Part shown: positions 1-9,513 of the stretch, one piece after another | Layout: each line of letters begins with the position of its first letter | Numbering within the stretch: position 1 is the first letter of the stretch | Source: Escherichia coli | Lineage (GTDB): Bacteria; Pseudomonadota; Gammaproteobacteria; Enterobacterales; Enterobacteriaceae | Reading direction: 5' to 3' (one strand) | DNA length: 64,000 bases | NCBI RefSeq assembly: GCF_003334815.1 | Contig: NZ_QOWO01000007.1 | The notes under the pieces: generated by a model | Seen by the model: only the letters and a program-made list of their open reading frames with translations | Database searches by the model: none | What the model was told of the DNA's origin: nothing | Made by a program: the position numbers and the translations under genes

Positions 1-324
1 GCCCACGGTGAAGCTATCGTTAACTATCTTGCGCGTAAAGAGGCAGCAACACACAGTGGACGTCGGCGGAAAGGGGAAACACGGAAACTGGATTACGCGT
101 TGCTAGGTTGGGCTATATCGGCAAATTTGGGGAGGGAATGGGCGTTACGCATTGCCCCTTCGCTTTCTTCGGCGATTCGCGCTCCAGAGATTGCCCGTAA
201 CGGCGTTTTATTCTCATTACAGACGCACCTAAGTTGCGGGGCCAATACCAGTTTGTTGGGGCGAAGTTATTCCGGTGGTGGTGCTGGCGGCGGCGCGGGT
301 GGCGGAGGCGGTGGTGGCTGGTAA
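1..324 (+). CDS. yciQ: 3' end of a larger ORF open to the left window edge; membrane protein with Gly-rich C-terminal tail (DUF2207-type, YciQ-like)
   Basis: Frame 1 has no stop from base 1 to TAA 322-324. It ends ...SYSGGGAGGGAGGGGGGGW. Its position directly upstream of rluB matches K-12 order. The track ORF 100..324 is only the part after an internal start. Confidence 0.7.
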   Translation, partial: AHGEAIVNYLARKEAATHSGRRRKGETRKLDYALLGWAISANLGREWALRIAPSLSSAIRAPEIARNGVLFSLQTHLSCGANTSLLGRSYSGGGAGGGAGGGGGGGW

Positions 325-451
325 TTAAGCTGATGTTAATCGAAACAAGCTTTAACCATAAAGATAGTGTAGTATGTTGCGCCTCAAAGCCAGGCCGATA
401 AACGTCGAGTCGTTTACTTAAGGCCTGAAGAGTTCAAACAGACTTTACTAT

Positions 452-482
452 CAGTGAGTCAGATGTAAGTTCTGACTCACTG
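452..482 (+). other. Perfect 12-bp stem / 7-nt loop hairpin in the yciQ-rluB spacer (possible yciQ terminator or rluB leader structure)
   Basis: cagtgagtcaga-tgtaagt-tctgactcactg read directly. No T-run follows (ttgcacaaaag). Confidence 0.4.
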
Positions 483-534
483 TTGCACAAAAGCATATCA
501 GACGCCTGGGAAGGCGACACCAAAAGGAAGCTCT

Positions 535-1410
535 ATGAGCGAAAAGCTACAGAAAGTGCTGGCGCGTGCCGGCCACGGTTCTCGCCGTGAAATCGAATCT
601 ATTATTGAAGCCGGTCGTGTGAGTGTTGATGGCAAAATTGCTAAACTCGGCGATCGTGTTGAAGTTACCCCTGGATTGAAAATCCGTATCGATGGTCACC
701 TGATTTCGGTACGTGAGTCCGCTGAACAAATTTGTCGCGTTCTGGCCTATTACAAACCGGAAGGTGAGTTGTGTACCCGTAACGATCCGGAAGGACGTCC
801 AACGGTGTTTGACCGTCTGCCAAAACTGCGTGGCGCACGCTGGATTGCCGTGGGTCGCTTGGACGTTAATACCTGTGGTCTGCTGCTGTTCACCACCGAT
901 GGTGAACTGGCAAACCGTTTAATGCACCCAAGCCGTGAAGTTGAACGTGAATATGCCGTGCGTGTATTTGGTCAGGTTGACGACGCGAAACTGCGTGATT
1001 TGAGTCGTGGCGTGCAGTTGGAAGATGGTCCGGCAGCTTTTAAAACCATCAAGTTCAGCGGCGGCGAAGGGATCAACCAGTGGTACAACGTGACTCTGAC
1101 CGAAGGCCGTAACCGTGAAGTTCGTCGTCTGTGGGAAGCGGTTGGTGTGCAGGTGAGCCGCCTGATCCGTGTTCGTTACGGTGATATCCCACTGCCAAAA
1201 GGTCTGCCACGCGGTGGCTGGACGGAGCTGGACCTCGCCCAGACTAACTATCTGCGCGAACTGGTGGAGCTACCGCCAGAAACCAGCTCTAAAGTCGCTG
1301 TAGAAAAAGACCGTCGTCGCATGAAGGCGAATCAGATTCGTCGTGCGGTGAAACGTCACAGTCAGGTGAGCGGCGGTCGTCGTTCTGGCGGACGTAATAA
1401 TAACGGTTAA
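535..1410 (+). CDS. rluB: 23S rRNA pseudouridine synthase RluB
   Basis: 291-aa ORF with SD aaggaag upstream. It has an S4-like N-terminus ([18 protein letters not shown]), an RsuA/RluB core with [14 protein letters not shown], and a basic Arg/Gly tail. Confidence 0.95.
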
Positions 1411-1417
1411 TCAAAGT

Positions 1418-1444
1418 ATGCCGGACGTCATATCCGGCATTTTT
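1418..1444. terminator. Intrinsic terminator shared by convergent rluB and btuR
   Basis: atgccgga-cgtcata-tccggcat followed by tttt, located between two convergent stop codons. Confidence 0.75.
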
Positions 1445-1449
1445 ACAGA

Positions 1450-2040
1450 TTAATAATCGATCCCTATCTGCGCTTTTACACCGGCATCAAACGCATGTTT
1501 GACGGGGCGTAATTCACTTACCGTATCTGCCAGTTCAAGAATATCCCGATGACAACCACGACCCGTGATAATCACCGTCTGTTGATGTGGACGTTCATTT
1601 AACGCCTGCACCACTTCTTCCAGTGGCAAATAGTCATACGCCACCATATACGTCAGTTCATCAAGCAAAACCATATCCAGTGAGGAATCAGCAAGCATCC
1701 GCTTTGCATGTTGCCAGACTTCGCGGCAGGCGGCGGTATCAGACTCGCGGTTTTGTGTATCCCAGGTAAAGCCCGTTGCCATCACCTGAAACTCAACGCC
1801 ATGTGGCTCCAGCAGATTGCGTTCGCCATTAGGCCAGGTGCCTTTAATAAACTGCACGACGCCTACTTTTTTTCCGTGACCAACTGCGCGTGTTGCCGTA
1901 CCAAATGCCGCGGTGGTTTTGCCTTTTCCATTGCCGGTAAAGACGATGATAATACCGCGTTCATCCTGGGCCTGGGCCACACGAGCATCTACTTTTTCTT
2001 TCACTCGCTGCTGACGCTGTTGGTAGCGTTCATCACTCAT
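1450..2040 (-). CDS. btuR: Cob(I)alamin / cob(I)yrinic acid a,c-diamide adenosyltransferase
   Basis: 196-aa ORF with P-loop GNGKGKTT, CobA/CobO family. Its start overlaps the yciK stop (ATGA at 2037-2040). Confidence 0.93.
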   Translation of the reverse strand: MSDERYQQRQQRVKEKVDARVAQAQDERGIIIVFTGNGKGKTTAAFGTATRAVGHGKKVGVVQFIKGTWPNGERNLLEPHGVEFQVMATGFTWDTQNRESDTAACREVWQHAKRMLADSSLDMVLLDELTYMVAYDYLPLEEVVQALNERPHQQTVIITGRGCHRDILELADTVSELRPVKHAFDAGVKAQIGIDY

Positions 2041-2795
2041 TGGGAAATTCCTGGTTTACGGCCCGGTTGGGCGTCAAAGGTCATGCCGGTTTTACGGCGG
2101 CTGTCATCGCCCATCAGCCAGAGGTAGAGCGGCATGATATCAGCGGGTGTTTTAAGTTTCTGTGGATCTTCGGTCGGGAAGGCGCTGGCACGCATTGCGG
2201 TGCGCGTACCGCCTGGGTTAATGCAGTTGACACGCAGGCGCTGCTGATATTCATCGGCCAGTACCTGCATCATCCCTTCGGTGGCAAATTTCGACGCTGC
2301 ATATGCACCCCAGTTGGCTCGTCCCTGACGTCCAACGCTTGATGAAGTAAAGACCAGTGAACCGGCGTCCGATTTGAGTAATAAAGGAAGCAGTGCCTGG
2401 GTGAGCATAAAGGTGGCATTAACGTTGACCTGCATGACGTCCTGCCAGACCTGCGGATTTTGTTCGCTCATTGGGCAAACATCGCCGAGCAATCCGGCAT
2501 TATGCAAAACACCATCCAGACGCGGATAATTAACGGCAATGCGCTGTGCCAGTTGTTGGCAATTTTCGGACGTGCAGGTCAGCAAATCGAGAATAAACCA
2601 CTGTGGCTGACGCCCAGTTTCTTCGTTTATGTGGCTGGCTACCTGACGTAATTTTTCTTCATTACGGCCCAACAGAATCACTGTCGCACCATAGCGTGCA
2701 TACGTCATCGCGGCTTCACGACCAATACCATCGCTGGCTCCCGTCACCAGGATAATGCGATCATTGAGTAAATCTTGTTTTGGCTGGTAATGCAT
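2037..2795 (-). CDS. yciK: Short-chain dehydrogenase/reductase family oxidoreductase YciK
   Basis: 252-aa ORF with Rossmann motif TGASDGIG and catalytic YAASK. It is translationally coupled to btuR. Confidence 0.92.
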   Translation of the reverse strand: MHYQPKQDLLNDRIILVTGASDGIGREAAMTYARYGATVILLGRNEEKLRQVASHINEETGRQPQWFILDLLTCTSENCQQLAQRIAVNYPRLDGVLHNAGLLGDVCPMSEQNPQVWQDVMQVNVNATFMLTQALLPLLLKSDAGSLVFTSSSVGRQGRANWGAYAASKFATEGMMQVLADEYQQRLRVNCINPGGTRTAMRASAFPTEDPQKLKTPADIMPLYLWLMGDDSRRKTGMTFDAQPGRKPGISQ

Positions 2796-3014
2796 GGCTA
2801 CTCCTCAACGACGTTGTCTGTCGCGCTGCCAGTGTACTTTATGACTTTGGGGCTTTATGCCTGAAACAGAAGGGCATTTCAATCAGCCTGGGGCGATAAC
2901 ACCGCAAAATGGATACTTTGTCATACTTTCGCTGCAATAACATCTCTGCGAGACGGCTTAACATGCCTGTTGTAAACTGTGAGCCAAAGCGTTGTTTAAC
3001 CAAGGTGGGGACTC

Positions 3015-4064
3015 GTGGAATTGTTGTCTGAATATGGTTTGTTTTTGGCGAAAATCGTTACCGTTGTGCTAGCGATTGCGGCGATTGCCGCCATTATTGT
3101 CAATGTTGCTCAACGTAATAAACGCCAGCGTGGCGAGTTACGGGTCAACAATCTCAGCGAACAGTATAAGGAGATGAAAGAAGAACTGGCCGCGGCGCTG
3201 ATGGACTCACATCAGCAAAAACAGTGGCACAAAGCGCAGAAGAAAAAGCATAAGCAAGAAGCGAAAGCAGCAAAAGCGAAAGCCAAACTGGGCGAGGTGG
3301 CAACTGACAGTAAACCCCGCGTCTGGGTGCTGGATTTTAAAGGCAGCATGGACGCCCATGAAGTGAACTCGCTACGTGAAGAGATAACGGCTGTACTCGC
3401 AGCATTCAAACCGCAGGATCAGGTTGTGCTCCGTCTGGAAAGCCCTGGTGGCATGGTGCATGGTTACGGGCTGGCGGCTTCGCAACTGCAGCGTCTGCGC
3501 GATAAAAACATTCCTTTAACTGTTACGGTAGACAAAGTCGCTGCCAGCGGCGGTTACATGATGGCCTGTGTGGCGGACAAAATTGTTTCCGCACCGTTTG
3601 CTATTGTGGGTTCCATTGGCGTGGTGGCGCAAATGCCCAACTTTAACCGCTTCCTGAAAAGCAAAGATATTGATATCGAACTGCACACTGCCGGGCAGTA
3701 TAAGCGCACGCTGACGTTGCTGGGTGAAAATACCGAAGAAGGGCGGGAGAAATTCCGCGAAGAGTTGAACGAAACGCATCAGTTGTTTAAAGATTTTGTG
3801 AAGCGTATGCGTCCTTCTCTGGATATTGAACAGGTGGCAACGGGTGAACACTGGTACGGACAACAGGCGGTAGAGAAAGGCCTGGTTGATGAAATCAACA
3901 CCAGTGATGAAGTTATTCTTAGCCTGATGGAAGGCCGTGAAGTGGTCAATGTACGCTATATGCAGCGTAAACGACTCATTGACCGATTCACCGGCAGCGC
4001 GGCAGAGAGCGCCGATCGATTGTTGCTACGCTGGTGGCAGCGGGGTCAAAAGCCATTGATGTAA
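3015..4064 (+). CDS. sohB: Inner-membrane S49 (SppA-like) peptidase SohB
   Basis: 349-aa ORF with a GTG start. It has an N-terminal TM helix, a Lys/Ala-rich linker (KKKHKQEAKAAKAKAK) and a ClpP/SppA-type domain (VAASGGYMMAC). Confidence 0.93.
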   Translation: MELLSEYGLFLAKIVTVVLAIAAIAAIIVNVAQRNKRQRGELRVNNLSEQYKEMKEELAAALMDSHQQKQWHKAQKKKHKQEAKAAKAKAKLGEVATDSKPRVWVLDFKGSMDAHEVNSLREEITAVLAAFKPQDQVVLRLESPGGMVHGYGLAASQLQRLRDKNIPLTVTVDKVAASGGYMMACVADKIVSAPFAIVGSIGVVAQMPNFNRFLKSKDIDIELHTAGQYKRTLTLLGENTEEGREKFREELNETHQLFKDFVKRMRPSLDIEQVATGEHWYGQQAVEKGLVDEINTSDEVILSLMEGREVVNVRYMQRKRLIDRFTGSAAESADRLLLRWWQRGQKPLM

Positions 4065-4068
4065 AAGA

Positions 4069-4094
4069 CAAACGCGAGGCTAAGACCTCGCGTT
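4069..4094. terminator. Bidirectional intrinsic terminator between sohB and yciN
   Basis: aacgcgagg-ctaaga-cctcgcgtt followed by tttg, with an A-run on the other side. Confidence 0.75.
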
Positions 4095-4099
4095 TTGCT

Positions 4100-4351
4100 T
4101 TAATCAACCAGATGATATTTTTCTGAAAGCACATGGGCCAGGTGTTTGAACATATTAAACACCGCGGTGCTTTTGGCTGTTGGCAATCCTTGTTCATCTA
4201 AAAAGTAGTCGCCGGTAAATACCAGCACGCCATTACGCTGCGTGACGCCGGTGGCTTCAATCCCTGCGAGCGTATCCTCATGCTCACGAATGATTTTGTT
4301 GGCCTCTTTCAACAGCGTTTCGCGGTCGATGGGTTGTGTCTCTTTGTTCAT
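4100..4351 (-). CDS. yciN: Small conserved protein YciN (function unknown)
   Basis: 83-aa ORF recognised as YciN ([30 protein letters not shown]...). Confidence 0.88.
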
Positions 4352-4730
4352 TATTTACTCCTTAAACAAGGACATTAGTCTACGCCAGGCATGGCTTGCA
4401 GACAAATATACCACGCTGGTGGCAAGAGCGCCTTACTGGCAACTTTGGATTTTGCATGCTAATAAAGTTGCGTATCGGATTTTATCAGGTACAGTGTGAC
4501 GCTTTCGTCAATCTGGCAATAGATTTGCTTGACATTCGACCAAAATTCCGTCGTGCTATAGCGCCTGTAGGCCAAGACCTGTTAACTCAGTCACCTGAAT
4601 TTTCGTGAACAGAGTCACGACAAGGGGTTGATATCCGCAGAGAGCGAGTCCATATCGGTAACTCGTTGCCAGTGGAAGGTTTATCAACGTGCGACGCATT
4701 CCTGGAAGAATCAAATTAGGTAAGGTGAAT

Positions 4731-7328
4731 ATGGGTAAAGCTCTTGTCATCGTTGAGTCCCCGGCAAAAGCCAAAACGATCAACAAGTATCTGGGTAGTG
4801 ACTACGTGGTGAAATCCAGCGTCGGTCACATCCGCGATTTGCCGACCAGTGGCTCAGCTGCCAAAAAGAGTGCCGACTCTACCTCCACCAAGACGGCTAA
4901 AAAGCCTAAAAAGGATGAACGTGGCGCTCTCGTCAACCGTATGGGGGTTGACCCGTGGCACAATTGGGAGGCGCACTATGAAGTGTTGCCTGGTAAAGAG
5001 AAGGTCGTCTCTGAACTGAAACAACTGGCTGAAAAAGCCGACCACATCTATCTCGCAACCGACCTTGACCGCGAAGGGGAAGCCATTGCATGGCACCTGC
5101 GGGAAGTGATTGGGGGTGATGATGCGCGCTATAGCCGAGTGGTGTTTAACGAAATTACTAAAAACGCGATCCGCCAGGCATTTAACAAACCGGGTGAGCT
5201 GAATATTGATCGTGTTAATGCCCAGCAGGCGCGTCGCTTTATGGACCGCGTGGTGGGGTATATGGTTTCGCCGCTGCTATGGAAAAAGATCGCTCGTGGT
5301 CTGTCTGCCGGTCGTGTGCAGTCGGTGGCGGTTCGCCTGGTGGTCGAGCGTGAGCGTGAAATTAAAGCGTTCGTGCCGGAAGAGTTCTGGGAAGTCGATG
5401 CCAGCACGACCACGCCATCTGGTGAAGCGTTGGCGTTACAGGTGACTCATCAGAACGACAAACCGTTCCGTCCGGTCAACAAAGAACAAACTCAGGCTGC
5501 GGTAAGTCTGCTGGAAAAAGCGCGCTACAGCGTGCTGGAACGTGAAGACAAACCGACAACCAGTAAACCTGGCGCTCCTTTTATTACCTCTACGCTGCAA
5601 CAAGCTGCCAGCACCCGTCTTGGATTTGGCGTGAAAAAAACCATGATGATGGCGCAGCGTTTGTATGAAGCAGGCTATATCACTTACATGCGTACCGACT
5701 CCACTAACCTGAGTCAGGACGCGGTAAATATGGTTCGCGGTTATATCAGCGATAATTTTGGTAAGAAATATCTGCCGGAAAGTCCGAATCAGTACGCCAG
5801 CAAAGAAAACTCACAGGAAGCGCACGAAGCGATTCGTCCTTCTGACGTCAATGTGATGGCGGAATCGCTGAAGGATATGGAAGCAGATGCGCAGAAACTG
5901 TACCAGTTAATCTGGCGTCAGTTCGTTGCCTGCCAGATGACCCCAGCGAAATATGACTCCACGACGCTGACCGTTGGTGCGGGCGATTTCCGCCTGAAAG
6001 CACGCGGTCGTATTTTGCGTTTTGATGGCTGGACAAAAGTGATGCCTGCGTTGCGTAAAGGCGATGAAGATCGCATCTTACCAGCAGTTAATAAAGGCGA
6101 TGCTCTGACGCTCGTTGAACTTACACCAGCCCAGCACTTTACCAAGCCGCCAGCCCGTTTCAGTGAAGCATCGCTGGTTAAAGAGCTGGAAAAACGCGGT
6201 ATCGGTCGTCCGTCTACCTATGCGTCGATCATTTCGACCATTCAGGATCGTGGCTACGTGCGAGTAGAAAATCGTCGTTTCTATGCGGAAAAAATGGGCG
6301 AAATCGTCACCGATCGCCTTGAAGAAAATTTCCGCGAGTTAATGAACTACGACTTTACCGCGCAGATGGAAAACAGCCTCGACCAGGTGGCAAATCACGA
6401 AGCAGAGTGGAAAGCTGTACTGGATCACTTCTTCTCGGATTTCACCCAGCAGTTAGATAAAGCTGAAAAAGATCCGGAAGAGGGTGGTATGCGCCCGAAC
6501 CAGATGGTTCTGACCAGCATTGACTGCCCGACTTGTGGTCGCAAAATGGGGATTCGCACAGCGAGCACCGGGGTATTCCTTGGCTGTTCTGGCTATGCGC
6601 TGCCGCCGAAAGAGCGTTGCAAAACCACCATTAACCTGGTGCCGGAAAACGAAGTGCTGAACGTGCTGGAAGGCGAAGATGCTGAAACCAACGCGCTGCG
6701 CGCAAAACGTCGTTGCCCGAAATGCGGCACGGCGATGGACAGCTATCTCATCGATCCGAAACGTAAGTTGCATGTCTGTGGTAATAACCCAACCTGCGAC
6801 GGTTACGAGATCGAAGAGGGCGAATTCCGCATTAAAGGTTATGACGGCCCGATCGTTGAGTGTGAAAAATGTGGCTCTGAAATGCACCTGAAAATGGGGC
6901 GTTTCGGTAAATACATGGCCTGCACCAACGAAGAGTGTAAAAACACACGTAAGATTTTACGTAACGGCGAAGTGGCACCCCCGAAAGAAGATCCGGTGCC
7001 ATTACCTGAGCTGCCGTGCGAAAAATCAGATGCTTATTTCGTGCTGCGTGACGGTGCTGCCGGTGTGTTCCTGGCTGCCAACACTTTCCCGAAATCGCGT
7101 GAAACGCGTGCGCCACTGGTGGAAGAGCTTTATCGCTTCCGCGACCGTCTGCCGGAAAAACTGCGTTATCTGGCCGATGCGCCACAGCAGGATCCGGAAG
7201 GTAATAAGACCATGGTTCGCTTTAGCCGTAAAACCAAACAGCAATATGTCTCTTCGGAAAAAGACGGAAAGGCGACTGGCTGGTCAGCATTTTATGTTGA
7301 TGGCAAATGGGTTGAAGGAAAAAAATAA
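4731..7328 (+). CDS. topA: DNA topoisomerase I
   Basis: 865 aa from ATG 4731 (SD aaggtg). It has a Toprim N-terminus ([15 protein letters not shown]) and C-terminal zinc ribbons ([24 protein letters not shown]). The track start at 4689 is an upstream extension without support. Confidence 0.96.
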   Translation: MGKALVIVESPAKAKTINKYLGSDYVVKSSVGHIRDLPTSGSAAKKSADSTSTKTAKKPKKDERGALVNRMGVDPWHNWEAHYEVLPGKEKVVSELKQLAEKADHIYLATDLDREGEAIAWHLREVIGGDDARYSRVVFNEITKNAIRQAFNKPGELNIDRVNAQQARRFMDRVVGYMVSPLLWKKIARGLSAGRVQSVAVRLVVEREREIKAFVPEEFWEVDASTTTPSGEALALQVTHQNDKPFRPVNKEQTQAAVSLLEKARYSVLEREDKPTTSKPGAPFITSTLQQAASTRLGFGVKKTMMMAQRLYEAGYITYMRTDSTNLSQDAVNMVRGYISDNFGKKYLPESPNQYASKENSQEAHEAIRPSDVNVMAESLKDMEADAQKLYQLIWRQFVACQMTPAKYDSTTLTVGAGDFRLKARGRILRFDGWTKVMPALRKGDEDRILPAVNKGDALTLVELTPAQHFTKPPARFSEASLVKELEKRGIGRPSTYASIISTIQDRGYVRVENRRFYAEKMGEIVTDRLEENFRELMNYDFTAQMENSLDQVANHEAEWKAVLDHFFSDFTQQLDKAEKDPEEGGMRPNQMVLTSIDCPTCGRKMGIRTASTGVFLGCSGYALPPKERCKTTINLVPENEVLNVLEGEDAETNALRAKRRCPKCGTAMDSYLIDPKRKLHVCGNNPTCDGYEIEEGEFRIKGYDGPIVECEKCGSEMHLKMGRFGKYMACTNEECKNTRKILRNGEVAPPKEDPVPLPELPCEKSDAYFVLRDGAAGVFLAANTFPKSRETRAPLVEELYRFRDRLPEKLRYLADAPQQDPEGNKTMVRFSRKTKQQYVSSEKDGKATGWSAFYVDGKWVEGKK

Positions 7329-7357
7329 CCTTTAATTCTGTCAGGTTTTTATAAACA

Positions 7358-7383
7358 AAGGGTCGCGAAAGCGGCCCTTTTTT
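7358..7383 (+). terminator. topA intrinsic terminator
   Basis: aagggtcgc-gaaa-gcggccctt (one G-U pair) running into a T6 tract. Confidence 0.8.
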
Positions 7384-7513
7384 ATTGCATATTATTTTTT
7401 CTTCACACCTATACACTAAGGCTATAAATGATATAGTGGTTATAGTTAGCACCTTTTTTATTATTAAATCGTATTAGTCACCCGCCAGGTGTGACGAAAA
7501 AACGATGTTCTGA

Positions 7514-8512
<999 letters not shown>

Positions 8513-8528
8513 TTTCTTGCGTTATTTT

Positions 8529-8556
8529 CGGCACCTTTTATGTAGCGAAGGTGCCG
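8529..8556 (+). terminator. Possible cysB terminator hairpin
   Basis: cggcacc ... ggtgccg 7-bp stem with a 14-nt loop. There is only a weak T-rich tail further downstream. Confidence 0.4.
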
Positions 8557-8830
8557 GAATATATTCTCTTTTGTTACTTATTTCTATACCGTGCACAATA
8601 TTTTTATCCCTCATATTTATAGGGTAAATTACCTGTAAAGTAGTGTCTAATTACCCGCCTCGCAAACTCCAGTTTTCAAATATCTATTTCAGGTCAAAAG
8701 ATTGAATTATTCACTGGAGACGATTCGTAAATTCGCTGGATTTTTGACTAAAGTTTCTTTAGGATTTGTCTCATCGTATGATTAATTACACCAATCGTTC
8801 AACGTCTTGCTGATAAGTGATGGCGATTAT

Positions 8831-8971
8831 ATGAGGTTAGCAATGCCTTCTGGAAATCAGGAACCCCGCCGCGATCCTGAATTAAAACGTAAAGCCTGGC
8901 TGGCGGTTTTTCTTGGTTCTGCACTTTTCTGGGTGGTTGTCGCACTGCTGATTTGGAAAGTGTGGGGATAA
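8831..8971 (+). CDS. ymiA: Small membrane protein YmiA (46 aa)
   Basis: ATG 8831 to TAA 8969-8971, giving MRLAMPSGNQEPRRDPELKRKAWLAVFLGSALFWVVVALLIWKVWG with one clear hydrophobic helix. It is below the 60-aa cut-off of the ORF track. Confidence 0.75.
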   Translation: MRLAMPSGNQEPRRDPELKRKAWLAVFLGSALFWVVVALLIWKVWG

Positions 8972-8973
8972 CT

Positions 8974-9141
8974 ATGGTCGGTCAGGAGCAACTGGAGTCG
9001 TCACCATTATGCCAGCATAGTGACAATGAAACAGAAACGAAACGGGAATGTTCCGTCGTTATTCCAGACGACTGGCAACTAACATCGCAGCAGCAAGCCT
9101 TTATAGAACTGTTTGCTGAAGATGATCAGCCGAAACAATAA
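8974..9141 (+). CDS. yciX: Small acidic protein YciX (55 aa)
   Basis: ATG 8974 lies 2 nt after the ymiA stop, giving MVGQEQLESSPLCQHSDNETETKRECSVVIPDDWQL... The track ORF starts earlier at a TTG (8953). Confidence 0.7.
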   Translation: MVGQEQLESSPLCQHSDNETETKRECSVVIPDDWQLTSQQQAFIELFAEDDQPKQ

Positions 9142-9254
9142 TTATCATCATTCTTATTACCCATTTTTAATGAATTAAAGGGCTTTTAATACACCGCAGC
9201 AATAACAGCTTGAGTTATCTCAACACAAAATAATAACCGTTAAGGGTGTAGCCT

Positions 9255-9350
9255 ATGATCAACACAAATATGAAATATTGGTCCTGGATGGGCGCGTTTT
9301 CTCTGTCGATGCTCTTCTGGGCCGAACTCCTCTGGATCATTACTCACTGA
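9255..9350 (+). CDS. Candidate 31-aa hydrophobic small protein (YmiC-like)
   Basis: ATG 9255 to TGA 9348-9350, giving MINTNMKYWSWMGAFSLSMLFWAELLWIITH with one TM-like segment. A GC-rich hairpin follows at 9356-9374. I believe a small protein (ymiC) is annotated here in K-12 but cannot verify this. Confidence 0.45.
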   Translation: MINTNMKYWSWMGAFSLSMLFWAELLWIITH

Positions 9351-9355
9351 TCCTT

Positions 9356-9374
9356 GACCCCGCTGCGGCGGGGT
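9356..9374 (+). terminator. Hairpin after the small-ORF cluster
   Basis: gaccccgc-tgc-gcggggtt, followed by gtcatttg, which is a weak U-tract. Confidence 0.4.
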
Positions 9375-9513
9375 TGTCATTTGCTTTGCCACAAGGTTTC
9401 TCCTCTTTTATCAATTTGGGTTGTTATCAAATCGTTACGCGATGTTTGTGTTATCTTTAATATTCACCCTGAAGAGAATCAGGGCTTCGCAACCCTGTCA
9501 TTAAGGAGGAGCT

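Noticed and set aside
100-324. 74-aa ORF called as a stand-alone gene at the left edge.
   Set aside because: The frame is open back to base 1, so this is the C-terminal end of a larger gene (yciQ-like) truncated by the window and not an independent small gene.
4689-4730. N-terminal extensions of ORF-track calls: topA 4689, ribA 12906, pyrF 15544, yciW 23868, puuP 32923, puuA 34668, puuD 34790, puuC 36329, pspF 41609, ycjM 43871, tyrR 60376 and ycjG 62571.
   Set aside because: A downstream ATG with a proper SD matches the N-terminus I recognise for each protein. The extensions run into promoters, operators or repeats (for example, puuC into the ERIC element and ycjM into the operator-like 15-mer).
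9467-9497. Possible mutually exclusive pairings in the acnA leader (ccctga / tcaggg / ccctg), just upstream of the SD.
   Set aside because: The stems are only 5-6 bp long. Without folding energies or covariation they cannot be distinguished from chance.
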